DNA of 37,392 bases from a virus (lineage: Duplodnaviria; Caudoviricetes), in the IMG/VR virus record IMGVR_UViG_3300028612_000777, positions 1 to 37,392 of that record; one strand, written 5' to 3'. Shown in pieces: positions 16,014 through 28,100 of this stretch (positions are counted from its first letter, which is position 1; the number at the start of each line of letters is the position of its first letter). The notes under the pieces were generated by a model. The model searched no databases. It saw only the letters and a program-made list of their open reading frames with translations, and was not told where the DNA came from. Both the position numbers and the translations under genes were made by a program.

Positions 16014-19000
16014 ATGGCGAAACGTATAGATATACGAAGTTTTGAAGGTGTGATCACCAATGCCGATCAGGAAGATTTACGTCCGGAAGTTTTAACAGCC
16101 TTAAAAAATTTACGCCCGGTAAACGGTAAGCTGGTTAAAACATTCGGGGCAGGGGAGTTTACAGATATCCCTGCACCGGTGATTGATGTTATGTCTGCAA
16201 AACTCGGTGAAACGTATACGGTTCGCAATGTGTTTGTGTTTAATTCTGTCTATTTATCAACCACAGAAGCCCATCAGCACCGGTATATCGTTGTAGCAAC
16301 CGACGACACCAGTAAGAATACACGGATTCTATGGTGGGACTATGATGTCCCCGCTGTATCCAACTGCTTGGTCTTTACCGATAATACGCTGTTCTTCTCT
16401 ACCTCCGCAGCCCATAAAATTGATGAAGATGATTATGTAATGATCCAGGATGTGAAAAATAACGATGGTGCAGCTATCACCGGCTGTGAGATTTTTGATC
16501 AGGCAGGAAGTCAGTCAGATGCCGATACAGTCTATATAAATTCACCTTCCGGGTTTGGCGGGACGTGGATGGACGATCGCGGTGAGTTAGATGTGGAAAT
16601 CATATCAGCAAAGCCATCAATGGGCGGGAAGTTGTCTCGTCATTTGCAATTTAACACTATAACGGTTGGATCAGACCAGATGACTAAAGTAGGGCATATA
16701 GCCATCGTGGAAGTGAATGGCGGATCAGCCGTCGTAACCCTTGCTGCAATAGCAAAATTTACAGAAGGCTTTTATAGGCTGTACTATTCTACAGATGGTA
16801 CGAATTTTACAGCCCTGGCAACATCGGAATGGAGCGGAATCATAAGCTCAGGCATTAATATTAATATCCACCAAATAAGAGCCTTTAATAATTCTTTTTA
16901 TGTAGCGGTTGAGCATTATAAAGACCCAACAAATTATACAAGCATAGTGAAGGTAACGCCGACATGGAGCGCATCGGTTGTAACCTGGGCGGATACAAAC
17001 CCTATACAACTCGCACAGCAATTATCAGCGTGTCAGATGGTGGATTATACCCAGGGCGGAAGCAATTATTTGATGATTTTATTTAATGATGGTACTGCCG
17101 GGCATTTATACCGTCTCGACACCAGCGATACACCCACTAACTATACATCTGGTCTGCCGTCCTCTGATAAAGCACTGTATCTGTGTATGGGTCTTGATTC
17201 TCCCGGTAAGGAAAATTTCTTCATTTCGTGGGCTTGGGCAGGCACAGTATATATTTACTATTGTAGAATTACCCATCTTGGCAATACAAATCCCTGGACA
17301 TTAATTAGTGACGGTATTATTGATAGTGCTGAAAATGTTATTGCTATGGACGGATATAAGCACCAGGACGATAAAACGGCTATCGTATGTCTGGAAGATA
17401 CCTCAGCAAATACCCATAAAGTATATACGATAAAAGATGATGGCGGCTTTGAATTGACATTATTAAATATCGCAATACCGACAGATTCGCAAACTGACGG
17501 CAAAGTAATAAGAATGTATGGGACTCATGCCACACCAGGCGGAAATGAATATCTCTATATCTCATACGATACATATAACGATGGCACGCAGCATGGAGGC
17601 ACTGTATATATAATAGCCGAAAGCGGAACACACGCACAAGTAACCGAATGTGATGCCGGGGCGGATTTAAAGGGAAAATCTATAGTGTCGTTTGGAGATG
17701 TATCAACAGTCTTTAGTATGACCTATGCTAAAGCACACATGGTTTTATACGGTGCGTTTGTACAGGGGACAGGAGTCACGGCAGAGGAAACAACTGTATT
17801 CCGCCATAGCGACGTGGGCTGGGCTACCGGAACATGGAGCGGAAACGGATCGCTAAAGTACAACTGGCGGGATTTGTTGGGTTTCTTTGACATATCAGGA
17901 GATTTTAAACAGGAAAATAACCGTAATCCGATTGTTCCGATGGGCGATTCTATCCGGTTTCTTCCTGGTGTAATATCTGACGGTGACGAATTATGGGTCG
18001 GGCATATAGACCGCGAATTGCTGGGCGGGAATGTCACCTATGCTGACGACTTTTATGGTCTTATTAATGCGATTACAAATCCGTTTAAAATTAACGGACA
18101 CGATATATCCCTCACAGAGAATGAAGTGAGAGCAGAGGAAGGTGTCAAATATGCTGTAACAGCTATCTATGACGGAATCCAGGAGTCGCTAATTGATGAT
18201 GATGATGTGCATAAACTGAATATATCAGCAAACATAAAAAAATCCATTGTTGATTTGACGATTAAGATTAATACAAACAATATTAACAAGAGGATTACCG
18301 GTATTAATGTATACAGATCGTCTATGCTGTCTACGCAAACATTCGGAAGTTTTTCCTTAATTCAGACAGTTAATCTATTGGATAGCTATACAGACTTAAC
18401 ACCTTTGAATGGGAATATTCATGCACTAAAGGACGACAAATTTTGGATTGTAGATAAAAATAATGCGTTAATAAAAAGTGGATTAATTGCTGGTAATTTA
18501 GCAAAAATAAAAATTACAGGAGCATATCATGGCGCACGTAAAAGGATAGAATACGACGAGGCTAATGCTCATCCAATCATTAAGCCTGTCTGGTATGACT
18601 CCGGGGCGACTCTATCGTCCAATCCCAGCTCATCAACCTCAATAGATGTGTCAGATGGGACTAAATTCAGCACAGGGCAGCTTATCCATGTCACAGGGTC
18701 TGTTATGGTAAACGAGGCTTACGTTAATGGTTATTATTATAACACCAAAGACGGCTCTTATGACGAGATAATGGAAATTACCTATATTGTTTCAAATACT
18801 CTGACAGTGGTAAGGGGTTATGAAGGATCAACAACATACACATCCTATTCTACCAGTGATTATATTTATATTTATAGCGGTATCTCATACATAAATATTT
18901 TAGGGACTTCAGGAGCGAATATATTTAATGCAGGCTGGGCGTTTGATCATAACGTTTCCGGGTCAACTATAATAGAAACCGATACAACCGGTGCGTTCGG

Positions 19001-20333
19001 GGCAGGATATACAGGGATTTTAGAGCCTTTAGATACAGACGATTGGGTAACGAGCGGATCAGTAGACATCTCTTTGGCAAACAACAGAACTTTCTACGGA
19101 GTCCTCTCAACAGATGAAACGCAAGAAGAAGTGAATATTGTCAATGCTGTAAGCAATTATGATACTAAACTTGGATTTGGTTTTGTAAATATGAAAAATA
19201 AGATTATGGCTGATAAGATCACTTTAGAAGGTGTTTTTAGAGGGAGTGCCTCATTTGAAGATTTAGGCGGCGGTGTATATAATGTTACAATCAATGATAA
19301 CGGACTCCCGGCAGGCGCATATCACTATAACGAGGGTGAGGACAGCATTAATACGTCCGGGAAATTCGGTAAAGTGTTTAAAGGGCGGATGTTTTTATTC
19401 AATTTACGCCTGGATATCGGCGATGAAAACGAAGAACACCGGGATTGGCTGTCTTATTCTGAATTAGAGCAGTTTGATGTTCGATCTGTCAGCAATGTGA
19501 TTGGATTCCCGGATAAAGAAGGCGGAGAAGGGACAGGCATGGCTGAACTGTTCGGCAGGCTGCTGCTGTTTAAGCCTCAAGCTATCTTTACCCTGGATGT
19601 GGTAGACCCGACCGATCCCGCAACATGGAGACGGAGGGAAAGTAAGCATAATATCGGTAATATTGCTCCGCAAGGCGTTGTAGAAGCGATTGATTCGGTA
19701 TATTTTGTATTCCGGGATGGTATTTATCGATTAGACCCAAATTTTGCCGCTGCTGCGGATGCAACGCCATCCAAGCTGAACCGCATTACTGAGCCGATCA
19801 GGGATATCTTCGACGGCATAGACGATAAAACGATTATTAAGGGAGCGTATGATCAGAATTTAAACGAAGTGGTTTATAAATGGGTCAGAAGTTCATCACA
19901 GGAAGTCTGGGCGTATAATGTCCATGATCAAGCCTGGAGGCAGTTGGATACAGCCGGGGCGGTAGATATGTATTTCCATAATGAAGATAATTACCTGAAT
20001 TATTATGACGAAACAGCAAAAAAAATACACACATTCAATAATACAGAAAGTTCCACAGCCAGCTTTAAAACAATGAGATTCCCGGTAGGAATGGATAGAA
20101 AAACTAAAATACGCCATGCGGCATTTCAATACGATGGACAGGATACCATAACGGTAAATGTCTACGTCAATGGCGAAACAACCCCATCTACAACACATAC
20201 GCTAACCGGGACAGGTCGGCAGATTAGGAAAATACCTCTGAAACGGTATGCAAATTCCGTCCAGTTAGAAATAGAATCAGCCGCATCAACAAACACTTTA
20301 GAATTTGAAAGACTACAATTAGAAACGGAGTAG
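16014..20333 (+). CDS. Tail nozzle / stabilisation-type structural protein with large beta-rich insertions (putative)
   Basis: 1439 aa; FEGVITNAD...LKNLR N-terminus, propeller-like C-terminus (GRLLLFK, IGNIAP, VYFVFRDGIY, WAYN); follows the adaptor. Confidence 0.65.
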   Translation: MAKRIDIRSFEGVITNADQEDLRPEVLTALKNLRPVNGKLVKTFGAGEFTDIPAPVIDVMSAKLGETYTVRNVFVFNSVYLSTTEAHQHRYIVVATDDTSKNTRILWWDYDVPAVSNCLVFTDNTLFFSTSAAHKIDEDDYVMIQDVKNNDGAAITGCEIFDQAGSQSDADTVYINSPSGFGGTWMDDRGELDVEIISAKPSMGGKLSRHLQFNTITVGSDQMTKVGHIAIVEVNGGSAVVTLAAIAKFTEGFYRLYYSTDGTNFTALATSEWSGIISSGININIHQIRAFNNSFYVAVEHYKDPTNYTSIVKVTPTWSASVVTWADTNPIQLAQQLSACQMVDYTQGGSNYLMILFNDGTAGHLYRLDTSDTPTNYTSGLPSSDKALYLCMGLDSPGKENFFISWAWAGTVYIYYCRITHLGNTNPWTLISDGIIDSAENVIAMDGYKHQDDKTAIVCLEDTSANTHKVYTIKDDGGFELTLLNIAIPTDSQTDGKVIRMYGTHATPGGNEYLYISYDTYNDGTQHGGTVYIIAESGTHAQVTECDAGADLKGKSIVSFGDVSTVFSMTYAKAHMVLYGAFVQGTGVTAEETTVFRHSDVGWATGTWSGNGSLKYNWRDLLGFFDISGDFKQENNRNPIVPMGDSIRFLPGVISDGDELWVGHIDRELLGGNVTYADDFYGLINAITNPFKINGHDISLTENEVRAEEGVKYAVTAIYDGIQESLIDDDDVHKLNISANIKKSIVDLTIKINTNNINKRITGINVYRSSMLSTQTFGSFSLIQTVNLLDSYTDLTPLNGNIHALKDDKFWIVDKNNALIKSGLIAGNLAKIKITGAYHGARKRIEYDEANAHPIIKPVWYDSGATLSSNPSSSTSIDVSDGTKFSTGQLIHVTGSVMVNEAYVNGYYYNTKDGSYDEIMEITYIVSNTLTVVRGYEGSTTYTSYSTSDYIYIYSGISYINILGTSGANIFNAGWAFDHNVSGSTIIETDTTGAFGAGYTGILEPLDTDDWVTSGSVDISLANNRTFYGVLSTDETQEEVNIVNAVSNYDTKLGFGFVNMKNKIMADKITLEGVFRGSASFEDLGGGVYNVTINDNGLPAGAYHYNEGEDSINTSGKFGKVFKGRMFLFNLRLDIGDENEEHRDWLSYSELEQFDVRSVSNVIGFPDKEGGEGTGMAELFGRLLLFKPQAIFTLDVVDPTDPATWRRRESKHNIGNIAPQGVVEAIDSVYFVFRDGIYRLDPNFAAAADATPSKLNRITEPIRDIFDGIDDKTIIKGAYDQNLNEVVYKWVRSSSQEVWAYNVHDQAWRQLDTAGAVDMYFHNEDNYLNYYDETAKKIHTFNNTESSTASFKTMRFPVGMDRKTKIRHAAFQYDGQDTITVNVYVNGETTPSTTHTLTGTGRQIRKIPLKRYANSVQLEIESAASTNTLEFERLQLETE

Positions 20334-20337
20334 AATC

Positions 20338-21081
20338 ATGGATCCATATACAGCATATCTTTTATATCAAGGCGGTAAAAAAGCAATCGGAAGCGTGTCC
20401 AGGTTGTTAAACCCGAAATTCGGGCAGACACGGTACGGATCACAGCTGCATAGAATAAAGGAGCAAGGTATATATAGCCAGGCAACACGATCCAATATAC
20501 TTACAAAAACAGGCAGGCAGTTCGATATCACAGCCGCACCTTCAATACAAAAAACACAAGGCAGGCTCATTAGGAATAATATGTATAACTCGGTTGCATC
20601 CGTTAAAACATTAGCCCAGCCGGGGATTGCAAAAGCAAGAGTCATGGCGCATACAGAAGGTGATTTACAGGCAGTCAATGAAGAAACAAAGCAGAGAGCC
20701 ATCATTTCCTACGCTCAGGGTATTGACAGAGATAAAGCAGAACGCCGGGGAGCAGTTGCAGATTTGGGCGGAGTAGCCCTTGACTTTGGAGCGCAGTATT
20801 ACGGAAAAAAAGCTGCGGATAAAAAGGCTTTGGATGCTTCTTATTCAAGTGCCTCTAAATCCGGGTACGATCCAAAAGAAATAACACTGCCAAGTGGCAA
20901 GAAGTCTTTTATAGACATTTCACCAAAATTGCTCAAAGAGGCTGGGAATAAGATAATTGACGATTATATGACACAAGGAGATAAAGGCGACCCGGCAAAA
21001 TTACTCCAAGAGTTAATTAGACAATTTGGTGCAAAAGATGGGGCTGCGATTTTTGAGGCTATGGCAAAAGCGGGGATATAG
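20338..21081 (+). CDS. Putative internal virion / ejection protein
   Basis: MDP start, Ala/Gly/Gln-rich helical sequence, positioned after the tail genes as in podoviruses. Confidence 0.55.
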   Translation: MDPYTAYLLYQGGKKAIGSVSRLLNPKFGQTRYGSQLHRIKEQGIYSQATRSNILTKTGRQFDITAAPSIQKTQGRLIRNNMYNSVASVKTLAQPGIAKARVMAHTEGDLQAVNEETKQRAIISYAQGIDRDKAERRGAVADLGGVALDFGAQYYGKKAADKKALDASYSSASKSGYDPKEITLPSGKKSFIDISPKLLKEAGNKIIDDYMTQGDKGDPAKLLQELIRQFGAKDGAAIFEAMAKAGI

Positions 21082-21083
21082 AA

Positions 21084-22163
21084 ATGGGTAATATTCGAGA
21101 TTATTTAGACAAAAAGATTGAACCTCGCAAAATGTCGGACAATGATCGTGCCATCGCCAGGCATTATTCACAAGCATTTCTTGCAGACAGTCCATTTACC
21201 GGTGATTATGCGGGGACAGCTATTGCCGTTAGAGATTCGCTTGCCGTATCTAAATACGACCCAAATGCAACACCTGCAATCGCAAAGGTAAATAAGAATA
21301 AAAAGACCGAAAAAGACTATATTCAAGCATATATAAACGCCAAAGGGACATACCAGTTTAATCCTGATTCAGTCTCCGCAGATCAAGCAAGTGATTATAA
21401 ATTTAAAAACCGGATGATTGTAAAAACGAATGAAGAATTAAAAGCAAAAGCGGAAAAGCAGTTTAAAGAAAAATATCCAGTTCCTTTGGAAGAAATACTT
21501 GAAAAAATTAATAAGGATGCAAAAGCATACGTAAAATTTCTTCAAGAGACAGGTGTGCGGAGCGCAGCGGAAATACAGCACGCCGCAAAAGTGTTTATGA
21601 GTCAAAGCATGGAAAAGGAGGGGTTAGACCCGGCGGGGTATATACGGTTAGATGAGCCGGACAGACCGAACACACCACACGTTGAATCAGAAGACGAAGA
21701 TTTAGAAGATGTAAAAATAATACCACAGTCAGTTATGCAGCCAATTAAGATAGATGAGCCGTCCCCTGTCCCGGTTAAAAAGAGGGAACAGGAATATGCA
21801 AAAGAGACGCTTGCTATGAAAGTCGCAAATCCTCCTCCAGAATCCAAAAAAATTGGCAAAAAATTAGAGGCTAAATATCAAGAACTAACTAATAAATATA
21901 AAAACAATAGATACATTGAGGTTAAAAAGACCTACAATAATAATACGAACAGATGGGAACTCAAATTAAAAACTGATGTTGAGGGCGAATTGAAAAGGCA
22001 ACTTGGAATATATATATTGCCAGGCGGTGAAAAGATAGACATATCGCATATTAAAGAGGATTCAAATCGCAATCCAGATGAAAAAGAAGCATTATATCAA
22101 AGCAAAATAGTAAAATATGTTGGTGAATACATTCAAAATGATTTAAACAATCCTGGCAAGTAA
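21084..22163 (+). CDS. Putative internal virion / ejection protein
   Basis: 359 aa, charged and helical, coupled to the giant ORF by TAATG. Confidence 0.5.
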   Translation: MGNIRDYLDKKIEPRKMSDNDRAIARHYSQAFLADSPFTGDYAGTAIAVRDSLAVSKYDPNATPAIAKVNKNKKTEKDYIQAYINAKGTYQFNPDSVSADQASDYKFKNRMIVKTNEELKAKAEKQFKEKYPVPLEEILEKINKDAKAYVKFLQETGVRSAAEIQHAAKVFMSQSMEKEGLDPAGYIRLDEPDRPNTPHVESEDEDLEDVKIIPQSVMQPIKIDEPSPVPVKKREQEYAKETLAMKVANPPPESKKIGKKLEAKYQELTNKYKNNRYIEVKKTYNNNTNRWELKLKTDVEGELKRQLGIYILPGGEKIDISHIKEDSNRNPDEKEALYQSKIVKYVGEYIQNDLNNPGK

Positions 22164-25100
22164 TGCCTGAACCATTTACAATACCGCAGATAAAGCCTAA
22201 AAAGCAGGCTGTACCCCCAGAGACAGTGTCGCCTTCATACGATCTGTTTGGGTGGGTAGATGATATAGCTAATTTTGAGAAACCCTCCTTAAACGGCGAA
22301 TATGAGCCTCCGCAACAGCCAGAAGTCTATACAGAGGGTCATATTGTCCGAATGTCTGACGGCAGGGAAGAAATTATGGTCGATACCGGAGAGGAAATTG
22401 ACGTTTCCGGTATCCCTCATTATTTAGCAGAGAAAGACACCGGGGAACAATATTACATCCCGGCAAGCGATGTGCCGCAAGATTCACTAACGGCTGTCGA
22501 TGATCCGGTAATGGATACGGTCAGAGCCATAACAGAAGCAAACCAGATGCGGGCTGAGCGCGATTCGGTCATATTAGAAAGTTCTGATCCTGAAAAAACA
22601 TTGACCGAGTTAAGGCAGGTGGAAAGCAAGGTTAAAAATGAATCGCCGGAAGTTCAAAAGTTCGTATTAGACAGACATAGAGCGCAATACAGACAACCCA
22701 CACCGTTTGAACAGGCGGGAGATATCCCACCTGGGCGTGATTTCACAGGGCAGGGGTTTGCCGAAGCAACAAGACCGGGGCATCTCCCGGAATATCCAGA
22801 AGGCGAAAATGTAAAGCAGTTTTTTAACGAAGCGTTTGCACAACCATATTATTCCATGATGTCTGGAGTACAGGGCGGTACATCTCGGTTTTTCACTATG
22901 TTAGATAACTACGCCAGATATTTAGAGGACAAAACAGGATTAGAAGGCAGGGGCGGACTCTTTGAAGATTTAGCAAAACTGTATAACGATAATGCTGAAT
23001 ATTATGACAGTAAAGGTATTGATCCAAAAGAAGGGTTTATGAACTCTCTGGCAGATGCGTTATACACTGGTAGCGGTCAGTTAATAGTTGATCTTCCGCA
23101 AATAATAGCGTTGAGGAAATGGGGATTACCCATCTTTATGGGTGCGCATGGCGGGAGTGAGGCTATTGCAGAAAATGAACAATATAGTGAATTAATGGCA
23201 TCTTTGCGGGGCGGAGAAACACAGTTTAGATATCTTAATGAAAACGAATATATTAAGCCGGAAGGAATAAAGCCTGCAATAGAGGCTATCAATCGAGGAG
23301 ATCAATACCAATCATTTCATGGGTCTCCTTTACTTATGCAAACTATTGATAAATATAAAACGACTGAAAAGCCGGATGAGCATAGTATAGCACTCGGTAT
23401 AGCCAAAGGGGTAGGCAAGGGAATTGTACTGCATAATATACTTAGCGGGCTGAAATATGCACCTCAATACATTGCCAAAACAACAGCCGCTACCGTGTTT
23501 GGCGGTATGTCGCTACAAGAAGAATTGAAAAAGCCTGCGGTAGAAAGAGACATGGCAAATATAGTCGCCGGTACTCTTATGGGGGCATTTTTTGGCAAAG
23601 GTCAAAAAGGAAAAACACATAAACAGTTCTTTAGTGAGATTTCTGATGGTCTTGGGCTAAACAAAATAACCGAGTTGCAACTGACTAAAAGCGAGATAGT
23701 GGCATTAAGGAAAGTATTTAATGCGCCGGAGGAAGCTACACTGTCAGATATTGAGTTTATACAGGGTATAACCAAAAACGGTAATAAGTCTTTTCTCTTT
23801 AACGAAGTGTTTAGAGGCGAAGGACGGATACCTGTAACATTAAGCAATAAAATTAAAGCCGTTATGAACAGGGTTCTTGGCAGACCGGTCACAGAAGGGT
23901 TGGAAATCTCCGAATTACCAGTAAAAGAAAAATTAGAAGGCAGGACGGTTAAATATGAGCCACCGATTGCAGTACAGAAGCCGTCACAGATAGAAGGCGA
24001 GGTTAAACCGGATATTGTGGAAGTCCCAGTGGAGATGTTAAAAAACATTGTTAAAGAACGACCACCAGGTGAACCCACAATTATTGAAGCTATTGGAAGT
24101 AAAGATGTAGTGTATATAGGAAAAACAAAAGCAATAGACGGCAAAGAGGCAGATGTATATTTATATGAAAACAAGAATATGCTTGCTAATTGGAGATTCA
24201 TGGTCATAGGAAAAAACTATGCAAGTGAAGTGGGCTGGGCGGTTGGACTTGAAATATTAAACGAAAAACTTCCAACCGTAGATGTGTTTGAAGATTTAAT
24301 TCGACTGGACAGGAGATTTGCAAAACCACCTGAGCCTCCTGTAGAAGTTCCGGAACTACCAGCAAAAGAAGAGTACGTAAACGAAGAGGAGTTGTTAGAT
24401 ATGCTGGATGACAAGGAGGGGTATCTGGCGGACACAAAAGAAGAAGCACCTGAAGGAACACTTGATGTGAAGAAACCCACAGAGACAGATGCAATTATAG
24501 AATTGAAGGATTTGTTTCAAGCGGTTGATCCAGAGGTAGTATATGAGGAACGTCTTTCTGAATTAAGGACTCTTAAAGATAATATAGAAGATCCGTTACA
24601 CCCAGAAACTCCAGAGAATGCCATGTTACAGATACAGGCTGCTGGTCGGGAATTAGCTGGACTTAAACCAGAAGATGTACAAATAGCAGGACAAAATTAT
24701 CAGAAAGTAAAGGATGGTACGCTGGTAGATATAATAAAGATCCATAAAGGCGCAGATATGGGTACGGTGATTGAAGAGCGTGCAGAAACATGGTATTGGA
24801 CACAAGAACAAATAAGCCCTGACTGGGATAAAACAATAACTGAAGAAAGGAGAAAATACCATGATAGAACGAGAGAAAAAGACGACCCAACACAAAGTAA
24901 TCTGGAATGGTTCAGTGATAAGGCGAAGGACAATGCGATTGGTGCGGAACCAGTCGGGAAGGTCGGTGCTGCTATTCAGCGAATCTTTACCAAGTTCCGA
25001 CAGTACGCCCAAGCTCTCCAAAAGAGTGCCAAGAAGTTTGCTCGTTACGTTAGAGAAGGCAAAGTCCCGAGTAAATTAAAGTCCTTTTTAGAGAAAGCTG

Positions 25101-28100
25101 TTGAAGAGCCGATCCCAACGCCTAAAGAGGTGGCGGCAGCTCTGAAAAAGAAAAAGCCCAAACCAAAGAAGATCAAATATGATATAGCATTAACGCCGAA
25201 GAACCCCAAGTATGAGTTGATCCTCGAAAAGAAAGCAAGGACACACAAAGAATTAAAAGAAATTATACCTGCGAATAAGAGAGTTGCCCAGAAGAAGCCC
25301 AAGGGCAAGCCATATAAGCATATCAGCGGTGAGAGATTCAGTGATTTAGATCTAAGTAAGACTGAGGCTAAAGTCACGCTTACAGATAAAGATATTCAGG
25401 ATGTTTGGCAGAAGGTTCTTAAATCCACTAATATACCAAAGGCAGAATTGCCAACAGGCATGGAGCCGCATGGTGCTGCTTTCTTCAATGATGCATTAAG
25501 TTTACCAGACAGAAGCAGGTACTGGTACGAGAACTCCGCTGAAACATTCAATGATCGTTTTGTGGACAACACACCAGAAGAGATCCAGACAATATTTTCT
25601 GTAAGCAGCGCAGCCAGCGTACAGGCTACTCCTGAACTTCAAATGAGAAGAACTCTAAGTATATTGGCAGAAAATGAGCAAGGCATACCAATTGAGACAG
25701 GTTTACCGACACCACAGTCAGTATCAGATGCCTTATTCAGACATTTGGCTGGCTTAAAGACAGGAAATTTCGAGCAGACTTTCAGTTATTTGAGTGGTTT
25801 TGTTGAAGAGCCTCCGCTATCTACTAACGACAGGCAGGTCGCATCTTATTTTAATATAGACCCCAATGAGCTTGCTGCTGACCCTAGACTGTATGAAGTA
25901 CTGTCAAAATTCCACATAGAGCTGCGGGATAAGATCAATTCACAACTGGAGAAGGGACAAAACAAATATGAGAGCTGGCAGATTCAGGCAGTTGCCTGGG
26001 TTCAGGAAAGAATAAATAAAGGCGTATCCACTGAAGCAAATGATTTAGAAGAGGCAATGGATGCAGTATTGAATAGACTGAAAAATGCTGATGTAGATGT
26101 TCCAGTGAATGAAGCTGGTCAAATGATTGTTACAAAAGAATTGCTCAATAAGCCCAAGGTCATTGATGTTTTGACACCAACCACAAAGCAATTAAGAGAA
26201 AGTAAGATAGCAACGGTTGAAGTGGGCACCACTCAAACCCCAGTGGGAAAACAAGCTGCGAAATTATTGACCAGGGTCAGGGATATTTACGATAAGACAA
26301 CAGATCCACGAATAAAGAAACAACTTGACAATGTTCGTCATCATTACAGATCAATACAAATTCGTGCCTTTAAAGAACTTGGCAGAAAAAGAAGTGAGAT
26401 GTCAGGAAGTCCAAATCTTATTGATATGATTGTTACCGCAATGACTGGTAAACGAGCAATAATTACAAGGATCGATTTTGGTCATGGTGTATTTGGAACC
26501 TATAATGGTATTGCGAGTCCTAATATTCGTATACCAATGGTACAGAAATTTGGGGATAAGTATGTACCGCTAACCGATGATCAGATTAATATGGTATTGG
26601 GATTCATTGGTAAACCATTCAAACAGGATGCTATGGCAGCAAGTAAATTTAAGCCTGTAGATCCACAAACAGATCCAGACACTCACACTGTTTTCATAAA
26701 ACAGTATAAAAAATTACATTCAGAGATAGTTGAAGATATTGAAAATGAGTTAAATAGAATTTCTGGTCTTGATTTTAGTTTCAATGTTCATCATGTCCCT
26801 AATGGTGTTGTTATAGATGTGAACCCGCATTTTAATGCTGATTTCACAACTGAAGCACCTGATAAGGTGATGTTAAATGATGTGATAAAAGAGGTTTTAG
26901 GTGACAAAGTTAACATAAAGTACTTGGATAATACATATGATGCTAACTATTTTGAGCACCCTGATTATAACCAGTTAATAAGGAGATTAAAAAATGGCAT
27001 CGCAGAAAGACACAAAGCTGCCCTCAGGAAAAACACTAAGGCAAGTCCAAGCCAATCTAGATCAGCTATACAAGGACAAAAACCGATCAAAGAAATTCTC
27101 GAAGGATTTTCCAAGCATGACATTGGAAGAGCAACGGCGGGAAGGATTAAGTACAGAGCCGACATTGATTATCTCAACAGGGCGCAGACCGAAATTGAAA
27201 AAATAGCATCTAATTTCGATAAAGATACTGCTGTATGGAATAAAAAATCTGAACCAATTATAAAAAGAGCGGAACAACCGCCCCCACCCACCTACCATAT
27301 AAAGAGACTATATAAAGATTTAAAAAGTGGAAAGACTGCGGATCTCTCCGCAGCAGAATTAAAAGCCGAAGCAGTCCGTTTAAGAACTGGCAACCCCCCC
27401 CCCATATACGCAGGATCAATCAATCTCGATAAATTAATATTAGACGATGCGGTTAATATGGGCTTTACGCCGCAAAGCATGAGACTGCTGTACGACGGTC
27501 TTGTCAGTGTAGGAAAATTTACATTTAATGATCTTCCTGGTAAATTAAGATTAGAAGCCCGCCGGCATGGAATCAATAAAGATAACTTTACCGAGCAGTT
27601 TGGTAACTTTAAAAATGCCTCCGCAAAAGCACAAGCCTGGTTTAAAAAAGTTTGGGAAGCTATAAAAGCGTGGTACGCAAAGAACCGGGAATACTTGCAG
27701 CAGGGAGCGATTAATCCGAAGCCTATCGGTTTTATCAATACTATGGCTGAAAGGTATAACCAAGCCGGCAGACCCAATAAATTACAGTTTATAAAAGAAT
27801 TAAAAGAATCCGGCTTTACTAAACAAGAGATCAAAAGGGCATCGCAGCTGTATACCCAGATCAAGGAAAAGAGCCTTGTAGAGCCTGGTGTTGTTACACC
27901 TATCGAAAAAGAACTCTCTAAACTGGAAGATAAAGAGCAGGAAGCCGTTGATCTGATCAAGGCAGCAGGGTATCAAACGACAGAACAGTTTAAAGCCCGG
28001 GAAGTGCGAGACGATATACGCCAGAGGATCACCACATTAATACGAGGACACCGGATCGGGTCAAAAGAAAAGAACCTTGAACTGATGAAGTTGAAAATGA

